A stretch of DNA of 17,821 nucleotides from Leptospirales bacterium (GTDB lineage Bacteria > Spirochaetota > Leptospiria > Turneriellales > JAOUFE01), in the NCBI GenBank assembly GCA_040326155.1, contig JBEQLE010000080.1, forward strand, positions 1 through 17,821, in the 5' to 3' direction. The translations under genes were made by a program, and so were the position numbers. How positions within the stretch are numbered: position 1 is the stretch's first letter; every line of letters begins with the position of its first letter. Of this stretch, positions 1 to 8,393 are shown piece after piece. The notes under the pieces are model-generated. The model worked only from the letters and a program-made list of their open reading frames with translations. It did not search any database and was not told where the DNA came from.

Positions 1-458
1 GCAGGAATATCGGCGAAGTTTTTTAGAAGACGCTTCGGTATTTCTCGAAATTCGGGTTTTCGCACAAGGCGGCTGTATTCTTCTTGTGGCAATACCCCTT
101 CGAGTTCTGGTTTATACTCTTCGATAGCCGCCATGGCTTCGCGAATGGCTTTGGCTATATCTTCTTCTTCGGGAAGATGCAAGAGGTAGTCGTAACGGGC
201 ATTCTCAGGCAGATAAAAGCCGCATTTTTCAATGGCGATTTCTGAAAGGGGTTTTTCTCTTCGCCCCCCTTTGAGCTTTTTATATTCTGTTTGAATCTCT
301 TTTTCATATAAAGAATATTTGTTATCGGCGAAACGAAGAAAGATCAACCCCAGCACGGGGGTAGCGTACTCCGAAGACTTTAAGTCCGAATTTGCGCGCA
401 GGGTGTCGGCGCTTTCCCATAGAGTTTTTTCAAGTTGTTTGATTTGTTCGGTTGTCAT
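1..458 (-). CDS. hsdM: Type I restriction-modification methyltransferase (M subunit), N-terminal part; runs off the window edge
   Basis: Not in the ORF track. Manual translation from ATG at 458 gives MTTEQIKQLEKTLWESADTLRANSDLKSSEYATPVLGLIFLRFADNKY...GFYLPENARYDYLLHLPEEEDIAKAIREAMAAIEEYKPELEGVLP..., open to the window edge. LWxxADxLR, EYxxPVLGLIFLRF and FYLPExAR are HsdM N-terminal hallmarks. Confidence 0.93.
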   Translation of the reverse strand, partial: MTTEQIKQLEKTLWESADTLRANSDLKSSEYATPVLGLIFLRFADNKYSLYEKEIQTEYKKLKGGRREKPLSEIAIEKCGFYLPENARYDYLLHLPEEEDIAKAIREAMAAIEEYKPELEGVLPQEEYSRLVRKPEFREIPKRLLKNFADIP

Positions 459-641
459 ATTTTTTCTTTCAATGAAACAGATGATAATGCTGCAGAATTT
501 TCAGATTACATATTTTTATTATTATCAACACTGAAAAGATATATTTATATTAAAACTCTTACGGCTGATAGATTTCATTAAGTCAATTCCACCCACACAA
601 ATCGCCCCTGAAATCTGAAATAAAAATCCAGCGCAAAAGAT

Positions 642-714
642 AATAGCGTCGGGGGTAGCGGCGGCTCTTTTAGCCAAAGCGAGGGGGCAGACTTGCCCCC
701 AAAACAACTCAGAG
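642..714 (+). repeat. GC-rich intergenic repeat, family A, copy 1
   Basis: 642-696 is identical over 55 bp to 8779-8833, and both copies share a downstream aactcagag. Contains the hairpin gggggca-gact-tgccccc. Confidence 0.9.
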
Positions 715-720
715 AAATAC

Positions 721-803
721 AATTACGGATTAATAATTGTGGATTGTATTATTTCGTAATTCGTAATTAGAAATTCGTAATTACCTGATAATTCGTAATT
801 AAT
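721..803 (+). repeat. AATTACG/TTCGTAA heptamer palindromic element, family B, copy 1
   Basis: aattacgg...aattgtggattg...ttcgtaattcgtaatt...aattcgtaatt...aattcgtaatt. Same core and arms as the copies at 5418, 5967 and 8511. Confidence 0.85.
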
Positions 804-850
804 CCTGAATCCTGGTTGACAAGCAGACAATAAAGTATTTATACAAGAAT

Positions 851-1462
851 ATGAATCATTCGAAATCCCGAAAAATTGTATTGATAAACCACGCAGATAC
901 CAGTGTCACGGATGGTAGTTTTCTTGGTCTGGAAGATTTGCCTGTTTCCGATAAAGGCAAAAAAGATTTGGAGCAAATGCGACCGGCTATAAAGATTGAC
1001 ATGAATAACTATGTTATTTACACCTCTACATTGAAGCGAGCCATACAATCTGCAGATATCCTGTTTCCAAATGCAGAAAAAATAGAAAATGTCAGATTGA
1101 ATGAAATCGATTTTGGAGATTGGTCCGGTAAAAAGATGAACGACATTATGAGGGAATTCCCGGAAGAGATAAAAAGCTGGATGTCAGATTATACATCTTT
1201 TGCATTTCCCGGCGGAGAATCCATTTCAGGTTTTTTTAACAGACTTCAGGAATGCTCGGAATCTATTTTGAAAAATACAGACAAGAATCTAATATTGGTT
1301 TGTCATGGAGGTGTAATTCGCCATTTGATATGCCATTATCTTGGTCTTCCTTACAATCATCACATGGCCTTCACGATAGATCGTCCTTCTATAAATATAA
1401 TCGACCACTTCGGCAAGAACGGTGTTTTAAGAGCTTTGAATTTAAAAGAATTATCAGAATAA
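851..1462 (+). CDS. Histidine phosphatase superfamily protein (CobC/alpha-ribazole phosphatase or GpmB-like)
   Basis: Motifs TSTLKRAIQSA, RLNEIDFGDWSG, FPGGES and LVCHGGVIR. The N-terminal RHGxT motif is altered to NHADT. Confidence 0.85.
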   Translation: MNHSKSRKIVLINHADTSVTDGSFLGLEDLPVSDKGKKDLEQMRPAIKIDMNNYVIYTSTLKRAIQSADILFPNAEKIENVRLNEIDFGDWSGKKMNDIMREFPEEIKSWMSDYTSFAFPGGESISGFFNRLQECSESILKNTDKNLILVCHGGVIRHLICHYLGLPYNHHMAFTIDRPSINIIDHFGKNGVLRALNLKELSE

Positions 1463-1897
1463 TTACTCTTCAAAGTCAATGTCATTTTGTTTGCACCACT
1501 GCCTGACGGCGTTTTCCTGGGTTGTTTCTTCATAAGTAAACCATTGATCCAAAATCTCTTTTTCGGCGAGGTAATTTTTGAACCTTGCATAAGCCCCCTT
1601 TCGCTCAAAGAAGGAGTATATCTTACTTTGTTCTTGCGGTAAATATTCGGAGGCAAAATTAAAGACAAGTTGCCTGCCCAAATCCAGGTCAGTTTTATTG
1701 GGTATATCCATGTATAGATCGTCGTCGTCGATGTCCTCCGGAAAATCCTCGTCTTCTTCTACGATGTCCGAAATATAATATATTTTCCCGGTCTCCTTGC
1801 ACAAGAGCGCGCGAGCCTCTCCGTATTCATCACCGCTCGCGAAATGAAAACCCAGCATTATATCCGCAAATTTAACCATAGTTTTTACAGTATTCAT
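1463..1897 (-). CDS. UPF0158-family protein (start may be ATG 1879)
   Basis: Acidic 144-aa protein with ETGKIYY, DLDLGRQLVFNF and the family-typical KGAYARFK...W..YE...RQWC tail. Confidence 0.8.
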   Translation of the reverse strand: MNTVKTMVKFADIMLGFHFASGDEYGEARALLCKETGKIYYISDIVEEDEDFPEDIDDDDLYMDIPNKTDLDLGRQLVFNFASEYLPQEQSKIYSFFERKGAYARFKNYLAEKEILDQWFTYEETTQENAVRQWCKQNDIDFEE

Positions 1898-2073
1898 ACG
1901 GGGTGAATTGTGTAAAATATTTTTTTTCGGGATTTCTATAAAATCGATTTCACCCCTTCTTGGCCTAGTCGTTTCAAATGGTAATAATTTACTAATTCGT
2001 ACACGACGCCGATTCGCCCACGGTCCGATAGAATTATTCTTGCTTATTTGAAAGCAACACTGTTTTTGTAAAT

Positions 2074-4614
2074 ATGAAGGCGCAAATTTGCAAGAAATCG
2101 TTTAACCCACGCATAATCATAGCAGTCAGCTGTTTATTCATTTTTATAAATGCAGGCACTCTATTTTCCCAATCTTCAACTAAAAGCAATATCGTTATTG
2201 ACCCTTATCTTGAGCAGATGGATAAAACAACAAAGCTTCTTTTCTTTGCCCAAAACGGAAATATTCGGGAAGTTGAGAAACTTTTAAAAGCAGGTATAAA
2301 ACCGGACGTGCGCGATGCGAGTAAACAGAGTGAAGGTGAAACCGCTTTATTTAAGGCGATCATGTGCGGTGAGATCGAACTCATAAAACTGTTATTAGAA
2401 TCTGGGGCAGACATCAACGCCGTAGACGAAGCCGGAGAGACACCTCTATTCACTGCTATCATGGTGGGTTATTCCGATATCGTGCACTACCTTATACAGC
2501 ACGGAGCCCATGTAAACCAGCGCAGTAAAAAGGGATTTTTGCCGACATTGATAGCCGCAGATCGAGGTCACCTGGCTATTTTAAAAAATCTGCATAGGAA
2601 CGGAGCCCGTCTTCATCAACCGTCTTCGGACGGTTTTACTCCTTTAATGGCAGCGTCTAAAATGCACCCTGAAGTAGTAAGATATTTACTGGAAAACGGA
2701 GCCGATGTCAATGCCGTAACGAATTACGGAGGCACGGCGCTTATGGTAGCGGTCCACACCGGGAATCAGGAAATTACTGAACTGCTTCTTGAACATGGCG
2801 CAAAAGTCGGATTATTGACGAAGAATAAAAGAGGTGTTTTTACGCACATACAAGCTTATTATAATGGAAAAAGAGCAGAACAAATAAATTCAATATTTAA
2901 AATCCTTATACACAAGTGCATCGAGGAAAAAGGGTGCATAACAAATAATTCTGCTTTGTTCTTTAGCCTGTTGCAATTGCGCCAACAACCGAACATATCT
3001 ATGCCTAATGATTGGAGTGAAAAGTTATACACATTTGCCCATATTATCAATCATCCCAATGAACAAGGTTTTCTTCCGCTGGATATTGCTCTGGGTTTGC
3101 AGTTTGAGGGTGAAGCAAAGTGGATCGTAGAGAAGCTGAAGAAACACGGAGCCAAGCAGACTATACCAGATACATATACGCACATCACAAAATTACTCTA
3201 TGAAAAAAAATGGAATTTAGTCAAAGATTCCATAGAGAAAATAGATCTGGAAGAATATTTTACATACCTGAATTCATTAAGAAGGTATTCCGAATATGGT
3301 TTTAAAATCTCGTATTATCTTTCTGGCAAACTGGCAGAACAAGGAACCTATATTCGTGGTATGACAATCGGCAAGGAGCAAGTGAAAGATCTATGCAAGA
3401 AAAATAACTTTCATGCTTTCGACATCATCTATTTTTCGAGAAATTCCAGTGCGCACATGAGTTATACGTTAGCCGTGCAATTCATAGAGAAGTGTCCAAT
3501 AGATTTTACCAAAAAATATCTCTCTAAAGTAGCCAGACAAAAGAGTACCCAAAAACACGAAGACCTGCAAGAATCAATATACTCATACCTCAAACGAAGG
3601 ATGGTATATCCAAAAACCCCCCTTTCAAAAGAGAGATTGAAGCTAGCTCTTGGTTACCTTAAGCAAAGCGGTTTTGAGTTTTCCAAACCCGAGCTTCTAG
3701 CTGCGGCTTTTCGTGGGGGCAACATCGATGCTCTGAAACTTTTAATATCTTTTGAAAACATTCACGCTAATTTTGATGAACAGGGAAACGGCGCCTTGCA
3801 CTACATTCTATTATTTTCACAAGGGAACAAAAAGGCATCTAGCACAAAGTATCCCCGTTATTCCGAAAAGAGTTCTTTGCAAAACTACCGGGCATTTGTG
3901 TGGGCGGTAGAAAATATAAAAAACTATGACAAAGCAAATCAAAATGGAGTCACCCCGCTCATGCTGGCAAGCGCCGAAGGCTATTACAGCCTTGTAAAAT
4001 TATTATTAGAAAAAGGGGCCGATGCAGCGCTAAAAGACAAATGGGGGCTGAGCGCCATAGACTACGCGGTACTTTATGATCACACAGCTTTAATTCAACT
4101 TTTTAAGCAACCAGAACTGGTGAAAAAATCACAATCAAAGTTTGCCGCCTGGGCGCAAAGTCACGAAACATCACCAAAAAACAGTGAGTGGCTGAAGTTG
4201 CCTGCCATACAACGTTATCTGGCTCGCTTCTTTCCTTCGGTAAAATTCCAAAAGGAACCGGTTCAGGAAATACCCTGGCATCATTATATTAATCACTGTG
4301 TGATGAGAGATGACATTTATAGAAACCGCACGGCGAATGTAAAAAGGTGGATAGAGCTCGGTTATTCTCCCAACTGCGCTAGCTCTCTTGGCGCCTTTAC
4401 ATCATCTACTGGAATAGAAATTGCAATTCGAAAAGCCTATGTAGAGATGGTCCGCGTGCTATTAACCTATCCCGGAATTAGAATCGATAACATGGATGCA
4501 TGGATATGGACACCCGAGTTCAAGAAAGATATCGAAAACAAAAATATCATTCGTGGTCTAATAGAGGCATATCGGAAAAAATCAATAACAATAAGGCACA
4601 AAACCCATGAATAA
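2074..4614 (+). CDS. Secreted/periplasmic ankyrin-repeat protein
   Basis: N-terminal hydrophobic signal-like segment. Ankyrin repeats (GETALFKA, GETPLFTA, GFTPLMAA, GGTALMVA, LLESGADINA) in the N-terminal third, plus a later cluster (GNGALHY, GVTPLMLA, GLSAIDYA). Confidence 0.9.
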   Translation: MKAQICKKSFNPRIIIAVSCLFIFINAGTLFSQSSTKSNIVIDPYLEQMDKTTKLLFFAQNGNIREVEKLLKAGIKPDVRDASKQSEGETALFKAIMCGEIELIKLLLESGADINAVDEAGETPLFTAIMVGYSDIVHYLIQHGAHVNQRSKKGFLPTLIAADRGHLAILKNLHRNGARLHQPSSDGFTPLMAASKMHPEVVRYLLENGADVNAVTNYGGTALMVAVHTGNQEITELLLEHGAKVGLLTKNKRGVFTHIQAYYNGKRAEQINSIFKILIHKCIEEKGCITNNSALFFSLLQLRQQPNISMPNDWSEKLYTFAHIINHPNEQGFLPLDIALGLQFEGEAKWIVEKLKKHGAKQTIPDTYTHITKLLYEKKWNLVKDSIEKIDLEEYFTYLNSLRRYSEYGFKISYYLSGKLAEQGTYIRGMTIGKEQVKDLCKKNNFHAFDIIYFSRNSSAHMSYTLAVQFIEKCPIDFTKKYLSKVARQKSTQKHEDLQESIYSYLKRRMVYPKTPLSKERLKLALGYLKQSGFEFSKPELLAAAFRGGNIDALKLLISFENIHANFDEQGNGALHYILLFSQGNKKASSTKYPRYSEKSSLQNYRAFVWAVENIKNYDKANQNGVTPLMLASAEGYYSLVKLLLEKGADAALKDKWGLSAIDYAVLYDHTALIQLFKQPELVKKSQSKFAAWAQSHETSPKNSEWLKLPAIQRYLARFFPSVKFQKEPVQEIPWHHYINHCVMRDDIYRNRTANVKRWIELGYSPNCASSLGAFTSSTGIEIAIRKAYVEMVRVLLTYPGIRIDNMDAWIWTPEFKKDIENKNIIRGLIEAYRKKSITIRHKTHE

Positions 4615-5323
4615 AAAACTTTCTAAAAACCACTTTCCCGCACATAAAAAATTCTATCTTTCGAGATTTGTTTATTCCCGATTTCTTACAACCTGGCTTA
4701 TACTTCTTTGTACATTCATATATCTTCCCATAGTAGCAACTGAGTTCCAAACCATTAACGTGGGCCCGAAAGATGCCGGCCGCCTCAATGATATTATAAA
4801 GAAAGCCCCCGCCCGATCAAAAATTGTCTTTCGAAAGGGAACCTATCATTTTACAAAGCCAATTCGAATAACGTCGAAAAGTCACCTGAACCTGCAAGCA
4901 CAAGAAGGCGTCTATTTTATCTTAGACAACCTTCATTTAAGCGTTTTAAGGATAGGCTCTTCTGATAACATCAAGCTATCAGGATTTCATATTCGCCACC
5001 GTAAGCCAGTGTCTAAAGAAGAGTATTGTTATGGCCAGGTAATCACAATTTCTCGCTCACACGATCTTGAACTAACAAACCTCGAACTGAACGGTTCCGG
5101 AACTGTGGGAGTCCATATATACAGCGGCTCTTCCATCACCATAAAAGACTCCTGGTTTCACCATAACTCCATCGCCGGAATCTGGATGCTGAGCTTTGTC
5201 GATAACATCGTAATTCAAAACAACCGCTTTGACAATAACCCGGTACACATAAAAACCAGAAGGTCAGGTTCGCACGAATGGAAAAAATATGCGACACTGG
5301 ATGGTAATACATTTGATGATTAA
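4607..5323 (+). CDS. Right-handed parallel beta-helix repeat protein, probably exported
   Basis: IVFRKGTY, ITISRSHDLELTNLELNGSGTVGVHI, ITIKDSWFHHNSIAGI and IVIQNNRFDNN are beta-helix rungs. Has a hydrophobic N-terminal segment and overlaps the ankyrin gene by 8 bp. Confidence 0.8.
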   Translation: MNKKLSKNHFPAHKKFYLSRFVYSRFLTTWLILLCTFIYLPIVATEFQTINVGPKDAGRLNDIIKKAPARSKIVFRKGTYHFTKPIRITSKSHLNLQAQEGVYFILDNLHLSVLRIGSSDNIKLSGFHIRHRKPVSKEEYCYGQVITISRSHDLELTNLELNGSGTVGVHIYSGSSITIKDSWFHHNSIAGIWMLSFVDNIVIQNNRFDNNPVHIKTRRSGSHEWKKYATLDGNTFDD

Positions 5324-5388
5324 GGGGCCAAGTCTGCCCCTCGCTCCAAATTTTTATTAAAATAAAAGATTTTCCGCTACCCCATACG
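5324..5388 (-). repeat. GC-rich intergenic repeat, family A, degenerate inverted copy
   Basis: Reverse complement reads cgtatggggtagcgg-aaaatcttttattttaataaaaatttgg-agcgaggggcagacttggcccc. Both conserved blocks of family A are present, with a longer AT-rich middle. Starts immediately after the beta-helix stop codon. Confidence 0.75.
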
Positions 5389-5417
5389 TTTTATTTTTTA
5401 CATGGCTTTCTGCTTTA

Positions 5418-5486
5418 AAATTAATTACGAATTACGAATTGTGGATCGATTTCGTAATTCGTAATTAATTTGTAATTCGTAATTAC
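5418..5486 (+). repeat. Heptamer palindromic element, family B, copy 2
   Basis: Perfect 21-bp inverted repeat (5418-5438 aaattaattacgaattacgaa / 5451-5471) around a 12-nt loop ttgtggatcgat, followed by an extra taattcgtaatta. Confidence 0.92.
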
Positions 5487-5519
5487 TTAGCAATATCTTG
5501 CCGGGCCTTGGTCAGTATA

Positions 5520-5843
5520 TTATTGACACTTGCCAGATGAGCAAGAACCGCTCGGGCACTCTGAGTCACTTCTGCATCTGCCGTCCGGGGCATTGGAGCA
5601 CTTATTATCGTTGCATCGCGCGCCTGAGTGACCGCATTCGCTATCGCTTCTGCATCGGCTTCCGGCAGAATCTGCACAATGGTGGTCAAAGCATGGGACG
5701 CCCGAATGACAATCACTGTCAGTGCTACACTGACCATAATCGCCGGCAGAGACGTAGGTCGGGGTGGCAACAAACACTGCAAACGAGAAGAGCACGAAAA
5801 GTGCCGACAGCATGGAAAGTAAAGTAATTCTTTTTAGTAACAT
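5520..5843 (-). CDS. Small secreted cysteine-rich repeat protein (12 Cys, three CxxDS[DE]C-x-C-x4-C modules)
   Basis: Signal peptide ending ...YVSA. Repeats CSTDSDCHSGVPCFDHHC, CRSDSECGHSGARCNDNKC and CRSDSECPSGSCSSGKC. RBS AAGGAAGGA and a sigma70-like promoter lie upstream. Confidence 0.85.
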   Translation of the reverse strand: MLLKRITLLSMLSALFVLFSFAVFVATPTYVSAGDYGQCSTDSDCHSGVPCFDHHCADSAGSRCRSDSECGHSGARCNDNKCSNAPDGRCRSDSECPSGSCSSGKCQ

Positions 5844-5866
5844 ATATCCTTCCTTATTTTTATACG

Positions 5867-5894
5867 AATATAGCTAAAAGAGAAGGATTGTCAA
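5867..5894 (-). promoter_or_regulatory. Putative sigma70 promoter of the Cys-rich gene
   Basis: Minus strand TTGACA-16 bp-TATATT, ending 23 bp upstream of the ATG, with an RBS in between. Confidence 0.6.
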
Positions 5895-5966
5895 ACTTTA
5901 TTTGGCAAGTAGACTTGATCATTGACAGGAAGCCGGGCCGGAAAACATGTGAAAGGGTCGGGGCAA

Positions 5967-6054
5967 TAATTACGAATTACGGAAATATAAGATAATTACG
6001 AATTGTGGATTTGTATTAATTTGAAATTCGTAATTAATTTGTAATTCGTAATTA
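5967..6054 (+). repeat. Heptamer palindromic element, family B, copy 3
   Basis: taattacgaattacgg...taattacgaattgtggattt...aattcgtaattaatttgtaattcgtaatta. The 3' tail is shared with copy 2. Confidence 0.85.
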
Positions 6055-6122
6055 TTTAGTGGCAATATTATCCTTTACAAACCTCGAGTTCCTGTCATTT
6101 TCTACCAATTATTGTAGAATGA

Positions 6123-6645
6123 TGATATGACCCCATTTTTCTGGACACCTCTGCGTAAAAATAAAAAGGTTATAAAATGGCAAAATATGATGAAGAGTTT
6201 CAAAGAAACGCAGTAGTCCTCAGCAAGAAAACCTTAGCGAAGAGGTGCTGAGGCTGAGACAAGAAAATGCAGAACTCAGAGTAGAAAGAGATATAGAGAT
6301 GCTTGCTAAGATTGACATTATATTCAAAGAATATAGGCAGACATATGGTTACCGTAGAGTAAAAGAGGAACTCAGTGATCGCGGTTTCAAGGCCGGCAAG
6401 AATCGGTCTTTGTAACCGGGAAATCATTGGTTGGTCCTTTGACAAAAACATGAAAACTCAGTTAGTCATTTCTGCATTGTTACAAGCGGTGAAAAAGCGA
6501 GGGTATCCAAAAGGAAAATTGTTTGACTACATAGAAGTATTCTACAATAGAAAAAGGAAGCATTCGAAGCTGGGCTACAAGAGTCCAATTCAATATATTG
6601 CAAAATTAATTGCGTAAACGTGTCCGGTTTTTCGGGGTCATATCA
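6123..6645 (+). mobile_element. Internally deleted IS3-family element (523 bp) retaining both terminal inverted repeats
   Basis: 26-bp IRs with TG...CA ends: TGATATGACCCCATTTTTCTGGACAC (6123-6148) and the reverse complement of 6620-6645, TGATATGACCCCGAAAAACCGGACAC. Inside are fragments of OrfA (MAKYDEEFQRNAV; EEVLRLRQENAELRVERDI) and OrfB ([40 protein letters not shown]). No target duplication seen. Confidence 0.92.
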
Positions 6646-6702
6646 CTACTTTATTTTCATGCTTATTATCCATTTCATTCCCTCATTTAATATTCATTAA
6701 TA

Positions 6703-7215
6703 TCATATCTTTTTGCTTATTAATACCATATGGTTACCAAGACCGCTGTAATCTTTTTGTATACAAATGCCATTTTCGACAGTATCACTTTTCTGTGGTA
6801 ACATGCCGATCTTCTGGTGAAAATTGATCGATTCCTTATTAGATGGCGAAGTAATTGCCTTTATACATGTTTTTTTGTTTTCTCTAGAAATATTCTCAAA
6901 ATGACTAAATAACTTTTTCGCATAACCATTATTTCTTTGGTTTTTGTGGGTGGCTATCATATGTATATAAGCGGCGTCTGTTTCTTTTTGTGAAAAAAAT
7001 CCGAATAAATAAGCAATCACATTGAATTTTTTCTTTATCACAAAACATGTATTTACAAATTGATAAAGAAATATCGGATGATGCAGAATTTTTATTTTCT
7101 TTATCTTTTCCTCATCTACCTCCCAGTAATCTTCGATGTTTTCCAGAATAATGTTGTAGTCCGTTTGTTGAAGCTGTGTGATTTCGAAATTATCAGAAAT
7201 AACCTTTGTTTTCAT
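6703..7215 (-). CDS. GNAT family N-acetyltransferase
   Basis: AYIHMIATHKNQRNNGYAKKLF (acetyl-CoA binding motif A) and TSPSNKESINFHQKIG (motif B). Start placed at ATG 7215, which forms an ATGA overlap with the upstream stop. Confidence 0.88.
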   Translation of the reverse strand: MKTKVISDNFEITQLQQTDYNIILENIEDYWEVDEEKIKKIKILHHPIFLYQFVNTCFVIKKKFNVIAYLFGFFSQKETDAAYIHMIATHKNQRNNGYAKKLFSHFENISRENKKTCIKAITSPSNKESINFHQKIGMLPQKSDTVENGICIQKDYSGLGNHMVLISKKI

Positions 7216-7412
7216 TTGAGATCTCCACAATAATCGATTAGTAATAAATTTAATTTTCCTATAAAGTAATTTAATTCATTATTTGAGAGTTCTAACGGAG
7301 GTACAATTATTACACAAGCTCCATTATACCCACCATGAAACAAGACAATTCCATGTTTTAATGCCAAAGTTGCAAACATTAAAGAATTATCAATAGCGGG
7401 GTTGCCCTTGTC
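7212..7412 (-). pseudogene. C-terminal remnant of a class-III PLP-dependent aminotransferase
   Basis: DKGNPA...ALKHGIVLFHGGYNGACVIIVPPLELSNNELNYFIGKL matches the G(V/I)...GNVIRxxPPLxIS/T..EL tail of class-III aminotransferases. The N-terminal part is absent, replaced by IS21 sequence. Confidence 0.65.
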
Positions 7413-7660
7413 ATCTGCACGAGTTCTGTATTTTCTGGGACTTTTTGTCTGGCTCGGTAACAACCCAGACTTCAAATATTTCTGGGCACTCTTTTCACAC
7501 ATGTTTCCGGCAGCTGCCGCCTGTCGGATCGTCTTATCTTTATTCCTTTCAAGTATCATAATTTTTACCTCTCTGTCTGTTTTCATGACCCATTTTCAGG
7601 GCTCTTACTGAGCGGTAATTTTAATTGTCGTTGGAAGGTACTTCTAATTGTCGCTGATCA
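7413..7660 (-). mobile_element. istA: IS21-family left-end remnant with the 5' part of istA
   Basis: ATG 7586 gives MKTDREVKIMILERNKDKTIRQAAAAGNMCEKSAQKYLKSGLLPSQTKSPRKYRTRAD, matching the IstA N-terminal HTH (AAA.AGM.EKTA.KY...G.LPS...R..RTR.D). The end starts TG at 7660 and carries two 19-bp direct repeats (7614-7632, 7637-7655; 16/19 identical), typical of IS21 ends. Confidence 0.82.
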
Positions 7661-7857
7661 GTTGTCATGGGTTTTCCTGGTAGAAGAAGATATTGTTCAT
7701 TTCAAACGAGTGAACAGGGGGCGATATGTGTCGTCAATCGGAAAGTAGTTGGGGAAAGGTACAACGAGATGGACCGTTTACACCCGAATCGATTTAACTG
7801 TGCTTGTAGATACAGCCATTGCCTTTGGTTACTTTAGATTATTTCTATTCACATTTA

Positions 7858-8172
7858 TTACCGATTTTCAAGATTTTGTCTTGTATCCCAAACCTGTAAT
7901 ATAATAAGGTTGGCATCTTCCATTATATAAATTATCTGATATTCACGATAAATAAAACAACGATTGGTTATCTTATTCGAAAAATTTTTAATTTGTTCAG
8001 TATCGACTTGTCTACCCAGCAAAGGTTAATCTTTCAACAACCTGAAAATTCGGCGAAAACCAAAATCAAGTTTATTGCTGTATATTTTATTGCCGTTGTG
8101 TTTATACCAATAATCGAGAATTTGCAGGCGTTGCGCTTGAGCGCGGTGTGTTAAAATTATTTTGCCAGCCAC
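7858..8172 (-). pseudogene. RelE/ParE-superfamily type II toxin with one in-frame stop
   Basis: Not in the ORF track. From GTG 8172: MAGKIILTHRAQAQRLQILDYWYKHNGNKIYSNKLDFGFRRIFRLLKD*PLLGRQVDTEQIKNFSNKITNRCFIYREYQIIYIMEDANLIILQVWDTRQNLENR*. TAA at 8026-8028 (codon 49); otherwise one frame. The PxxG, YxIxY and WDxRQ motifs are present. Confidence 0.82.
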
Positions 8173-8393
8173 TGGTCGATCATCCGATTGGCTTTATCGA
8201 TATCTATTGTTTCTCCGTTTTTATATTGTTCATAAGAATGTTCGAGTTCTTTTATTTGGTCCAGCGAGATTTGAATCGTTTCCTTCAAATTCTTACTTTC
8301 TGTTAAAATGTCTTGAACAATATTTAACGTATCTTCATCTTCTGCCTTTTCGATGGCTTCATGTAAATGGACTTTTAATTGTGTAATAGACAT
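8157..8393 (-). CDS. Putative type II antitoxin (partner of the RelE/ParE toxin)
   Basis: 78-aa acidic protein ending EQYKNGETIDIDKANRMIDQWLAK. Overlaps the toxin start by 16 bp. TATAAT at 8402-8407 lies 8 nt before the ATG with no RBS, so it is possibly near-leaderless. Confidence 0.75.
   Translation of the reverse strand: MSITQLKVHLHEAIEKAEDEDTLNIVQDILTESKNLKETIQISLDQIKELEHSYEQYKNGETIDIDKANRMIDQWLAK

Noticed and set aside
319..534. Plus-strand 71-aa ORF and the many short ORFs overlapping the RHS, rSAM, ankyrin and IS regions
   Set aside because: They are antisense or alternative-frame shadows of well-supported genes, with no recognisable motifs.
525..722. ORFs 525-722 and 8560-8835 sharing QVCPLALAKRAAATPDAI as a peptide or precursor family
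   Set aside because: The shared peptide is just the translation of the 55-bp DNA repeat. The third copy does not preserve the peptide and there are no RBSs.
738..747. TGTGGAT loop as a DnaA box (TGTGGATAA) or origin
   Set aside because: Only 7 of 9 bases match in each copy, the copies are dispersed over 8 kb, and there are no replication genes.
1900..1956. Imperfect inverted repeat ggggtgaa...ttcacccc upstream of the UPF0158 gene
   Set aside because: Only 8 bp of perfect pairing, single copy, and no recognisable riboswitch or operator consensus.
5520..5843. Cys-rich protein as the rSAM/SPASM precursor
   Set aside because: It has a Sec-type signal peptide and an even, disulfide-like Cys pattern, has its own promoter, and lies outside the IS-bracketed block. 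Not excluded, but unsupported.
7661..7857. Short open frames between the IS21 end and the toxin pseudogene
   Set aside because: Under 60 codons with no recognisable family or RBS; possibly gene debris but not supportable.
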